Program-made: the position numbers and the translations under genes
In this document: positions 10,256 to 19,193 of the stretch, in pieces
How the letters are laid out: each line of letters opens with the position of its first letter
Position numbering within the stretch: position 1 is the first letter of the stretch
From: Candidatus Latescibacterota bacterium
GTDB lineage: Bacteria; Latescibacterota; UBA2968; UBA8231
Assembly: GCA_965223905.1 (NCBI GenBank)
Contig: CBDCXV010000011.1
Span: forward strand, 1,760,001-1,824,000
Length of the DNA stretch: 64,000 nucleotides
Reading direction: 5' to 3'
Notes under the pieces: model-generated
Told to the model about the DNA's origin: nothing
What the model saw: the letters and a program-made list of their open reading frames with translations, nothing else
The model's database searches: none

Positions 10256-11407
10256 TCAACGCTCGGCAACGACGGCCCCCTCGATGCCTCTGTGGTTGTC
10301 CGGGTAGTGATGCCAGTAGACTACGAGAACCCGTCCGTCCTCGAGCTCCACTGACCAGGGGTAGCCGCAGTCATGGCTGAACGAGTCGCTCTGGACGATC
10401 AGATCCGGGGTGGTCTCGAGGTCCGGCGCGGTTTCGTAGATCGGTGCAGTCTCCAGCTCGCTGCCCTCGGGGTCGAGCACCCTGGCGAGACAGCCAGACT
10501 GTCCCTCCCAGCGGGTGCCGACGGTCAGAAAGATGCGCCCGTCCCTGAGCCCGAGCATATGGGCGGGGTAGCCGTGAACCGAGCGCCGCCACGGTGTCCA
10601 GGTCTCGCCGTCGTCATCGGAGGTGACCAGGGCCTGGAAGCGGCCGTTGTACTGGCGATCCCTCAGGGGCAGGCTCTCGTCCATCGGTTGGTTGGCATGA
10701 CAGCGGAAGATCACCAGGATGCGGCCGCTCGGAGTGCGGTGTATGGCCGGCTCGCTGAAGTGGGCGACCGGGTCGACGGCGATCCTTCCTCCGTACTCCC
10801 ACGTCTCGCCCATGTCCCGGGAGACTCGCATCATGCCGAAGCAGGGCATGGAGCCGTCGGGGCGGTCGGTCGCCTTGCTCGGCACGAGCAGACGCCCGTC
10901 CGGCAGCTCGATCAGGCCGCTCCTGCAGACCCCCGAGTGCTCGGCCGGGTGACCCCAGACAGCGTCGGGCACGGGTGGGAAACGCCTGGGGGCAGTCCAG
11001 GTGTGGCCGTCGTCGCGGGACCGGACCCAGAAGGGCTTTCCCGGCCGCGAGATCCATTCGGTCCCATGCCCCCCCGGCTCCTCCGACCCTTCGGCCGGAA
11101 CCAGCTCCGTGCACGAACAGTGCATGAAGATGCTCCCGTCGGAAAGGGTGTGAACGCCGCGGTCGATGATTCCTCCCAGCGGATCGGACGTCACCAGGGT
11201 TGCCTCGCTCCACGTCCGTCCTTCGTCCCGGGAGCGGCATGCCTGCACGTTGAACAGCGGATGGCCGTGGTGCGGATAACCCAGATGCGGGGCCCTCTGA
11301 AAGAATACCATCAGGTCCCCGGACGGCGTGCGAACCACGTTGGGGCACAGGGCGTACATCCCGGCCTCGTGGTATATCGTTACGCGATCGACCACTTCCC
11401 AACTCAT
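10256..11407 (-). CDS. BNR/Asp-box sialidase-family protein
   Basis: Asp boxes SRDEGRTW, SRDDGHTW, SRDMGETW, SDDDGETW; C-terminal DCGYP motif. Confidence 0.85.
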   Translation of the reverse strand: MSWEVVDRVTIYHEAGMYALCPNVVRTPSGDLMVFFQRAPHLGYPHHGHPLFNVQACRSRDEGRTWSEATLVTSDPLGGIIDRGVHTLSDGSIFMHCSCTELVPAEGSEEPGGHGTEWISRPGKPFWVRSRDDGHTWTAPRRFPPVPDAVWGHPAEHSGVCRSGLIELPDGRLLVPSKATDRPDGSMPCFGMMRVSRDMGETWEYGGRIAVDPVAHFSEPAIHRTPSGRILVIFRCHANQPMDESLPLRDRQYNGRFQALVTSDDDGETWTPWRRSVHGYPAHMLGLRDGRIFLTVGTRWEGQSGCLARVLDPEGSELETAPIYETAPDLETTPDLIVQSDSFSHDCGYPWSVELEDGRVLVVYWHHYPDNHRGIEGAVVAER

Positions 11408-11827
11408 GACGCTTTCTCCATTTGGATATCACTTATAGTTCGAGGTCGATGGGGCCGCGGCGGCGAAGCGGAGCCTGGATGCTTTCGAGCTTCGGGCGGC
11501 CAAAGTACCCAACAAGGGGTGGGCGCACAATCTCCTTTTCCAGGCACTCGCAAGCCGGACCAGGACTCCTTTCCCCAGGTTGTCTCCGTAATCTTCGACC
11601 CATCTTCGCGGCCTCACGACGTTCGACGCGACGGAGTCATCTGGAATTTCGTCATCATTGGCGCCGGTCGAAGAAGGAATGTCAGGCCGGAGGTGCTGAG
11701 CTATATTCCCGACCTTGAACCAACAGCCCGCGGCAAGGTCGCGATACCCGGGGCCCCCGGACTGCCGGGTTTCCGCAAACCGCATCGAACCGCCATGGCC
11801 AGGACCCGAAAAAAAAGGCACTGAAGC

Positions 11828-12910
11828 ATGTACCGGTCCGCCATTCTCGGGTGCGGCTCCCAGTCCCACCAGCACGCGCTCGTCTACCCCGAAATCGATT
11901 CCATGACCCTCGTCGCCTGCTGCGACCTCGACGAGAACAAGTGCCGGGCGTACGCCGACGAGCACGGGGTACCGGCGCGCTACGGAGACCTGGAGAAAAT
12001 GCTCGAGGCGGAGCGCCCCGACGTGCTCCACATGGTAACCCAGCCCGACTACCGCCTCGCCGGCATCAGCACCGCCGCCGAAGCCGGGGTGAAGGCGGTC
12101 ATCGTCGAAAAGCCGCTCTCCCTGTGGCCGATGGAAGCACTGGAGATCGCCGAGGTGAGCGTGCGGACAGGCTGCCGGGTCGTCGTCAACACGCAGCTGA
12201 GGTTCTTCCCCCAGTATCCGGCGGTCCGCGACCTGGTACGTTCGGGCCGGCTCGGCGAGGTCGACTTCGTGCGCGCCAGCACCTGGGGCGGCGCCTTGGC
12301 CATGGGGCCGCACCTGATGAGCCTGGTGATGATGGTCCTCGACGATCCCTTCCCGGAGGCGGTGTGGGCCTGCGCCGAAGGGCTGGAGGGGTACGAGTGG
12401 AGCCACCCGGCGCCGAGCCACGTGCAGGCGACGTACTGGTTTCCCGGCAACCGGCGGGTGTTCTGGGAGTGCACCCCCAGGGGCCTCGGCAACCGCGGCG
12501 GCGGCGCCTACTGGATGCACCTCGACCTCGACATCTTCTGCTCCAACGGGGTCATCTGGACCCAGCAGGCCGGAACCTGGGGCTACCAGGTCCGCGGCGG
12601 GGCCGAGGTCTTCGAGGAGTCCACGGATTTGTACGCGCAGATGCAGGCAGGCCAGCGCGACTTCACCGCGGCCGTGGCGGCCTGGCTCGACGACGACGAC
12701 AAGCCCCACGAGTGCCGCCTCGAGAAGGCCCTGCCGGTGATGTGGGCGATCTTCGCGGCTCTCAAGTCGGCCAAGGTCGGCCACCAGATCACCCTGGGCC
12801 GGGACACCGGGTTCTTCCTGCACCCCTCCGGCGAGGGCCGGGCCATCGAGGTGCCGGCCGGCGTCACCGACAACGATCTCAAGGCGCTGCGCCACCACCT
12901 GCCCAGATGA
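11828..12910 (+). CDS. Gfo/Idh/MocA family oxidoreductase
   Basis: AILGCG, IVEKPLS, VNTQLRF motifs. Confidence 0.85.
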   Translation: MYRSAILGCGSQSHQHALVYPEIDSMTLVACCDLDENKCRAYADEHGVPARYGDLEKMLEAERPDVLHMVTQPDYRLAGISTAAEAGVKAVIVEKPLSLWPMEALEIAEVSVRTGCRVVVNTQLRFFPQYPAVRDLVRSGRLGEVDFVRASTWGGALAMGPHLMSLVMMVLDDPFPEAVWACAEGLEGYEWSHPAPSHVQATYWFPGNRRVFWECTPRGLGNRGGGAYWMHLDLDIFCSNGVIWTQQAGTWGYQVRGGAEVFEESTDLYAQMQAGQRDFTAAVAAWLDDDDKPHECRLEKALPVMWAIFAALKSAKVGHQITLGRDTGFFLHPSGEGRAIEVPAGVTDNDLKALRHHLPR

Positions 12911-14856
12911 CCGCCGAACCCGGGCGCGGCGTCACCCTGCGCGCCGTGCTCGCGGGCGCGGCCCTGGTGGCCGCCATAAGCGTCGTAAGCCCCTGGGCGA
13001 TCCTCGCCGTCAAGGGCTCGCAGCTGACCAGCAACGCCATCCCCGTCATCGCCGTGTTCCTGCTGTTCGCGGTCGTCGCCCTGGCGCAGCCGCTGCTGCG
13101 GCTGCTGTCTCGCCGGCTCGCCTTTGCCCGCGCCGAGCTGATAACCGTGTACGTCATGATGCTCGCCGGCTCGGTCGTCGTCACCACCGGACTGACCGGC
13201 TCCTTCCTCTCGGTGATCAGCGGGGCCGTGTACTACGCCACTCCCGAGAACAACTGGGAAACCCTGTTCGGGCCATATCTCAACCCCTGGCTCTCCCCCC
13301 AGGATACCGAGACGGTGCGCCTGTTCTACGAGGGGCTTCCCCGGGGCATGGGGATTCCCTGGGACGCCTGGGTCAGGCCCCTGGCTGCGTGGATCAGCTT
13401 CCTCCTTGTATTCTACGCCGTCCTCTTCTGCCTTGCCGTGCTCCTTCGGGGTCAGTGGGTGGAGAACGAGCGCCTCGTGTTCCCGCTCACCCAGGTGCCG
13501 CTGGCCATGGTCGGGGACGAGGACGAGGACCGGACCGTCGTCGGCAGGCTGTTCAGGAGCCGGGTCATGTGGCTCGGATTCGCCCTGCCGCTGCTTCTGC
13601 ACTCGTGGAACTCCCTGGGCAATTACAGCGACCTCTTCCAACAGGTCTCTTTGGGGGACAGCTACACCGTGTCGCGAGAGGTCGGAGCGATCCCGGTCCG
13701 CCTGAATCTTCCGGCCCTGGGTCTGGCGTACCTGATGCCCCTGAACGTCGCCTTCAGCGTGTGGTTCTTCTTCGTCATGGGTCAGGTACAACAGATCCTG
13801 TTGGCCTTCACCGGCTTTCGGATCGCCACCGGCGATGTTTGGACCTCCGGAGCAGGGGGGCCGATGATCCTGGCGTACCAACTGTCCGGAGCGATGATGG
13901 CCTTCGTCCTGTTTCTGATCTGGACGGCGGCGCCTCACATCCGCGGACTGTGGCGCCAGGCCCTCATCGGGGAGCCGGGGGATGGGCGGCGCGAGGTGCT
14001 GCCTCCGCGCCTCGCCTTCGCCTGCCTGGTATTCGGGGTGGCGTTCATGATTTCCTGGCTGACTCTGACCGGCCTGTCGCTTTTCGTTTCGGTGATCCTC
14101 GTGTTCGGCGCCCTCGGCGCCTTCATCGGACTGTCCCGGGTCGTGGCCGAGGCCGGCCTTCCCGGAGTGCAGACCCCGATGGTGCCGCAGGCTTTCATCA
14201 CCCGCGGGTTCGGCCCCGAAGTGCTGGGACTGAAGAACATGACCGGCCTCGGGTTGAGCACGGTGTGGATGGGGGAGACCGCGGCGAACATGATGAACGC
14301 CGCGGTTCACGCCCTCAAGCTGACGAGCGAGGAGGGGCAGGACCGGCGCTACCGCGGCATGCCGCTGGTGATCGCCCTTGCCGTATGCATCGGCCTCGCC
14401 GGGTCGATCTGGTTCACGATGCGGATGGCCTACACATTCGGCGGCATCAACCTGCACGGCTGGTACTACTGGGGCGCACCGCACTGGCCCTTCAACTACA
14501 TGGCCGCGGTCTACAGCGCTCCCGAGCCCTTCCTGCCGCGCCTGGGCTTCACCACCCTCGGGGGCGGCCTCATGGCGGTGCTTCTTTACCTGCGTTACCG
14601 CTTCACCTGGTGGAACCTGCACCCGATCGGCTTCCCGATAGCCAGCACCTTCCAGATCACCTACTACCTGTGGTTCAACATCTTCCTCGCCTGGCTCATC
14701 AAGGGCGCGGTGCTGCGCTACGGCGGCGTCGGCCTTTACCGTTCGCTGCGGCCCTTCTTCCTCGGTCTCGTCCTCGGGGAGTTCACCACGGCCTGCGCCT
14801 GGGTATTCATCGACGGACACTTCGGGTTCGAGGGAAACATGATCTACAATTTCTGA
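12907..14856 (+). CDS. DUF6785/DUF6784-type polytopic membrane protein (putative transporter)
   Basis: ATGA overlap with the upstream gene; ELITVYVMM, QWVENERLVFPL, RVVAEAG, WWNLHPIGFP, PFFLGLVLGE; many TM segments. The longer ORF-track start is spurious. Confidence 0.75.
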   Translation: MTAEPGRGVTLRAVLAGAALVAAISVVSPWAILAVKGSQLTSNAIPVIAVFLLFAVVALAQPLLRLLSRRLAFARAELITVYVMMLAGSVVVTTGLTGSFLSVISGAVYYATPENNWETLFGPYLNPWLSPQDTETVRLFYEGLPRGMGIPWDAWVRPLAAWISFLLVFYAVLFCLAVLLRGQWVENERLVFPLTQVPLAMVGDEDEDRTVVGRLFRSRVMWLGFALPLLLHSWNSLGNYSDLFQQVSLGDSYTVSREVGAIPVRLNLPALGLAYLMPLNVAFSVWFFFVMGQVQQILLAFTGFRIATGDVWTSGAGGPMILAYQLSGAMMAFVLFLIWTAAPHIRGLWRQALIGEPGDGRREVLPPRLAFACLVFGVAFMISWLTLTGLSLFVSVILVFGALGAFIGLSRVVAEAGLPGVQTPMVPQAFITRGFGPEVLGLKNMTGLGLSTVWMGETAANMMNAAVHALKLTSEEGQDRRYRGMPLVIALAVCIGLAGSIWFTMRMAYTFGGINLHGWYYWGAPHWPFNYMAAVYSAPEPFLPRLGFTTLGGGLMAVLLYLRYRFTWWNLHPIGFPIASTFQITYYLWFNIFLAWLIKGAVLRYGGVGLYRSLRPFFLGLVLGEFTTACAWVFIDGHFGFEGNMIYNF

Positions 14857-15112
14857 ACCCATGGGAAAAGCATCCGGCCTGATCCACGCTCTCGCGCTCC
14901 TGGCGGCGTGCACGCCCCCTTCGTATCCCGCCGGAGGAGGGACATGGCGCCTGTTCAGCTGTGACTGCGATCGCGGCCCTCCTGCAGGCACCCTGACCAC
15001 CCTGTCCGGCAGCACCGCGGCAAGGCAGATCCAGCAGGGGAGTCCGGGGTTGCAGGCCGCGGCCGGGATCGGCTATTTCAACACAGGCAGCAAATAGCAA
15101 AGGGCGAATCTG

Positions 15113-16165
15113 ATGAGCAGCGTGGCCGTTCCCTTCAGGAACGCTTACATAATCGACCGCAGGTCGGACTTCATCTGGTTTCTGACGCTCCCCTTCCTGG
15201 CCGTTGCCGCGGGACTGCTGTCCAACCGGTACCTGCCCGGGGCGGCGCTCGCGGCGATCGCCGTATGGGTGACGGTGCCGCACCACTTCGCCACCTGGCT
15301 GCGCGTTTACGGCTCGCCCGCGGAGTTCAGCCGCTGGCGCGACCGCTTCATCGTCGGCCCGGTGATGCTGGTGCTGCTGGCCTATCTCGCCATGCGCTAC
15401 GCGCCGCTGAGCCTCATCCTCGTCGTCACCCTGTGGGATCACCAGCACAGCCTCATGCAGCAGTACGGGTTCTCCCGCATCTACGACTTCAAGGCGAAGG
15501 CGGGAGCGGCGATCACCGGCAGGTTCGATCTCGCCTTCAACTGGATCTTCTTCGTCAACATGCTCGTGGTCTCCCCCCTGTGGTCGGTCATCTGGGTGCG
15601 CATGCTCCACGAGTGGAGCATCCCGGTCGAGGCGGAAACAGTGCGCCTCGTCCACCTGGTTTCGTGGACGATCTCCCTCGCCTATCTCGCCGTCTACGCC
15701 GGGCACGCGATCTGGTGCCTGCGCCGGGGCCACACCCTCAACCCGCTCAAGTACCTGTTCCTGTTCTCCAGCTATTTCCTGTGGTATTACACGAGCTTCA
15801 ACACGACCTACCTGCTCGTCTTCGCCGTCGCCCACCGCATCATGCACGGCGTGCAGTACATCGTGATGGTCTACTTCTACCTGAGGAACAAGTACGACCG
15901 CATGGGCGGGGAGTCCTCCTTTCTCGGCCACCTCGGCAGACCGGGAAACCTCAAGGCGTTCCTCCTGCTCTGCGCGGCCTACGCCCTCGTCTACCACGCC
16001 CTCGTGCAGGGCTACACGCGGGATTTCGGCTTCGGCGCCATCGGATTCAACACCAATTTCGATCTCTTCAGCTACTCCCTCGTCTCCTCCTTCGCCCTGC
16101 TGCACTACTACTACGACGCCTTCATCTGGAAGGTGCGCAAGAAGGAGGTTCAGGAAGGCCTGTAG
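15113..16165 (+). CDS. Uncharacterised polytopic membrane protein with conserved-looking His motifs
   Basis: Several TM helices; PHHFATW, WDHQHSLMQQYGF, HRIMHGVQY, HYYYDAFIWK. Confidence 0.75.
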   Translation: MSSVAVPFRNAYIIDRRSDFIWFLTLPFLAVAAGLLSNRYLPGAALAAIAVWVTVPHHFATWLRVYGSPAEFSRWRDRFIVGPVMLVLLAYLAMRYAPLSLILVVTLWDHQHSLMQQYGFSRIYDFKAKAGAAITGRFDLAFNWIFFVNMLVVSPLWSVIWVRMLHEWSIPVEAETVRLVHLVSWTISLAYLAVYAGHAIWCLRRGHTLNPLKYLFLFSSYFLWYYTSFNTTYLLVFAVAHRIMHGVQYIVMVYFYLRNKYDRMGGESSFLGHLGRPGNLKAFLLLCAAYALVYHALVQGYTRDFGFGAIGFNTNFDLFSYSLVSSFALLHYYYDAFIWKVRKKEVQEGL

Positions 16166-16210
16166 TGCCGTCCGCTACCGGCGCCGTCCGGCTCTGCCTA
16201 CGCTGCCGCC

Positions 16211-16705
16211 ATGCGATATCTCAAATCACTGCGTTTTCTCGTATACCTGACGGTTGTCGGGGGGGCCCTCGCCGTGGTAGAGCGCTACCAGGCGAACACC
16301 TACGGACACTTGGCTCCGGCGACCGATCCGAAGGGGAAACCGATACTGAAGGGAGAGTCGCTGAGCGAGCTGGCGGGAGTCCTGTTCGAGCTCTACCCGG
16401 AGGAGGCGGAGCCCAACATGCTCATGGGAATGGCCCTGGCGGAAAAGGGCCAGTTGCGGGAAGCCCGGGTCTACCTCGAGAAGTCGCTGGAGATCGACCG
16501 CAACAAGCAGTCCCTGCTCTTCCTCTACGCCCGCCTGCTGCTCGACCTCGAGGAAGACCCCGAAGAGATCCGTGCCGTCGTCGACGAAATCCGCCGCACC
16601 TTTCCGAGGTCCAGGAAAAAGATGGAGGACTACTTCAGGAGGGCCTCGAAGGGCAGGATCCGCTTCGACACGCCGGTGAACGGTTCGGATCGTTCAGAGT
16701 ACTGA
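16211..16705 (+). CDS. Membrane-anchored TPR-like protein
   Basis: N-terminal TM segment; helical repeat LMGMALAEKGQLREARVYLEKSLEID. Confidence 0.65.
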   Translation: MRYLKSLRFLVYLTVVGGALAVVERYQANTYGHLAPATDPKGKPILKGESLSELAGVLFELYPEEAEPNMLMGMALAEKGQLREARVYLEKSLEIDRNKQSLLFLYARLLLDLEEDPEEIRAVVDEIRRTFPRSRKKMEDYFRRASKGRIRFDTPVNGSDRSEY

Positions 16706-17129
16706 CAATCCACGAACCTGCGCCGGATCGCCGGGCGAGCCCTTTCCACCTCTCGGCATTGGTGCTTTCCATCCCCGGTCCGCAGATTTTCATTGTCCGG
16801 GCTGGCCGCGTCGTACCGCCACCTCGAAGGCCGACCGGCGCCCTGGCCGCACAGCTCCGTTGCTCCCCGACCGTATTGCCGACCCGCAAACAGGATTGGA
16901 ATCACATTCCCCGAGCCATCCCTCCCGGCCCTTCGATTCAGCGAGTTTTCATGGGATCGGCGCGCCGGTACTGCCCCCGGAAACCAACCGACACGCGTTC
17001 GCGGCCGAAGCCTCCGGCTCCCGAGGGGCCCGGAAACGCGGTTACGGGCAGCGGAATCCCCGACAGTGCCCGGTCCCCGGTCAGGAAGCGGCTTGATTTG
17101 GAAGGATTCATGAGACAGGACGATAGCCG

Positions 17130-18641
17130 ATGAGACCTGCTCTCTTGGCCGGCCTGGTTCTCGGGGGGCTCTGTCCGCCGCTCTTCGGGGAAAGCCCCCG
17201 GGCCGCGACCCCACCCGGGGGCCCGGCAACAGTGCAATTCACCGACGTCGCTGCCGAGGTGGGCCTGGTGGCGCCGAACGTCTCCGGCAGGGACCAGAAG
17301 TACATCGTCGAGACCTCGATCGGCGGCACCGCCTTTCTCGACTACGACAACGACGGCGACGTCGACCTGTACGTCGCCAACGGCTCGAGCTTTCACGGGT
17401 TTCCCGAAGGAGAGCATCCCCGCAACCGGCTGTACCGAAATGACGGCGGTAACTTCACCGAGGTAACCGCGGCCGCGGCCGTCGGCGATTCCAGCTGGTC
17501 GCTCGGCTGCGCCGCGGCCGACTACGACAACGACGGGCACCTCGATCTGTACGTCGGCAACTTCGGCCGCAACACCCTCTACCGGAACCTGGGAAACCGG
17601 CGCTTCGCCGACGTCACTTCGGAGGCCGGGGTCGGAGACGAGGGATACGGCACCGCCAGCACTTTCGGCGACTACGACCGCGACGGCGACCTCGATCTGT
17701 ACGTGTCGAACTACATCGACTTCTCCCTCGACTACGAGTCGACGGTCCCCTGCGTCTGGAAGACCTACGACATCATGTGCGGCCCCAGGGGGATGATACC
17801 GCAGGCGGACGTCTTCTACCGCAACGACGGCAACGGCAGCTTCACCGATGTCACCGACGAGGTGGGCATGGCCGGCCGCAAGTACTACGGGTACGGCGCC
17901 GTGTTCGCCGACTTCACCGACGACGGCTGGCCCGACCTGTTCGTCGCCGACGACATGACTCCGAACATGATGTTCGTCAACAAGGGAGACGGCACCTTCT
18001 CGGACGAGGCGCTCGGCTCGGGGGTGGGATTCGACGCCGAGGGCACCGAGCAGGGCTGCATGGGAGTCGGGGTCGGCGACTACGACAACGACGGGGACAA
18101 GGACATCTTCGTCGCCAACGGCCACACCTATCCGGAGGCGAACCTGCCGCACACCAACGCCAGCTATGCCCAGCTCAACCTGCTGTTCGAGAATCTCGGA
18201 AACGGCACATTCCGGGACGTTTCGCGGGAATCGGGACCGGGGCTGGCGATCCGCGAGGTGAGCAGGGGGGCGGGATTCGCCGACTACGACGCCGACGGGG
18301 ACATCGACATCTTCGTCCTCAACCTGAACGGCAAACCCAACCTGTTACGGAACGACGGCGGCAACGCCAACAACTGCCTGCTCGTCAAGACGGTCGGCAG
18401 CGTGAGCAACCGCGACGGAGTGGGAACCCGGATCGAGTTGGAGGCCGCCGGGCACCGCCAGGTGAACGAGGTGCGCAGCGGCGGCAGCTACCTCGGGCAC
18501 GATGACATGCGCGTCCACTTCGGCCTAGGCAAGACGGGCCGCGTCGACAGGGTGACGCTGCGCTGGCCGAGCGGGATAGTGCAGACGCTGGAGGACGTCG
18601 AGGTGAACCAGGTACTCACGGTGACGGAGCCGGAGGGATAG
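17130..18641 (+). CDS. CRTAC1-family FG-GAP repeat protein with ASPIC/UnbV domain (one repeat apparently missing)
   Basis: Signal peptide; six DYDNDG-type repeats; C-terminal NRDGVG...GGSYLG...HFGLG...RWPSG. Confidence 0.9.
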   Translation: MRPALLAGLVLGGLCPPLFGESPRAATPPGGPATVQFTDVAAEVGLVAPNVSGRDQKYIVETSIGGTAFLDYDNDGDVDLYVANGSSFHGFPEGEHPRNRLYRNDGGNFTEVTAAAAVGDSSWSLGCAAADYDNDGHLDLYVGNFGRNTLYRNLGNRRFADVTSEAGVGDEGYGTASTFGDYDRDGDLDLYVSNYIDFSLDYESTVPCVWKTYDIMCGPRGMIPQADVFYRNDGNGSFTDVTDEVGMAGRKYYGYGAVFADFTDDGWPDLFVADDMTPNMMFVNKGDGTFSDEALGSGVGFDAEGTEQGCMGVGVGDYDNDGDKDIFVANGHTYPEANLPHTNASYAQLNLLFENLGNGTFRDVSRESGPGLAIREVSRGAGFADYDADGDIDIFVLNLNGKPNLLRNDGGNANNCLLVKTVGSVSNRDGVGTRIELEAAGHRQVNEVRSGGSYLGHDDMRVHFGLGKTGRVDRVTLRWPSGIVQTLEDVEVNQVLTVTEPEG

Positions 18642-18869
18642 AATCGGGGTGGCTGCCGGCTCGGATAAGCATGTTCACCGGGAGTCGGCGGCCTTGACTG
18701 ACGGCTTGAAATCGGTGCCCCGCTGCCCGCCTGGGCCAGGGCTCCCCGGACGCCAGTTGCCACCCCGCCCAGCCAGCCTGCGGCCCCGCCGATTCCTGGT
18801 GGGCTATCAGCCAGACGTCGAATAGTTGAACGCAGCAGTGAGGCGGTCCACCCCGACTGCTTCTGCCGG

Positions 18870-18906
18870 CGTAACCTGCCCGGCAGGTCGTAACCTGCTC
18901 GGCAGG
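18870..18906. repeat. Tandem pair of 18-bp near-palindromic repeats
   Basis: CGTAACCTGCCCGGCAGG (18870-18887), T, CGTAACCTGCTCGGCAGG (18889-18906). Confidence 0.7.
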
Positions 18907-19193
18907 AACTTCCGGCTTGCCCGGAACCCCGGCAATGCAGTCATGGGCACGGAAAGTCCTCCAGATAGGAACGGCGACTCGACACGGCCCCTGTACCGGT
19001 CCGGTTTCGACCCGGACATTCCGCCTGTCCTTACCCGGCCCGGGTGAACGAAATCATGGAATTTCCCGGCGGCGATCTACCCGGGCGTCGCGGTGGAGCC
19101 CAGGTGCCGGGAGCCGTACCTTGTCCCCGGCCTGGAAATCCACAGTTACCGCGGCAAAACTCACCTGCATCCCGGAGAGGACGGACACAGGAA

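Noticed and set aside
16706-17110. 400-bp intergenic region with two TTTTCAT motifs, possible small element or ncRNA
   Set aside because: No inverted termini, convincing ORF or recognisable structure found.
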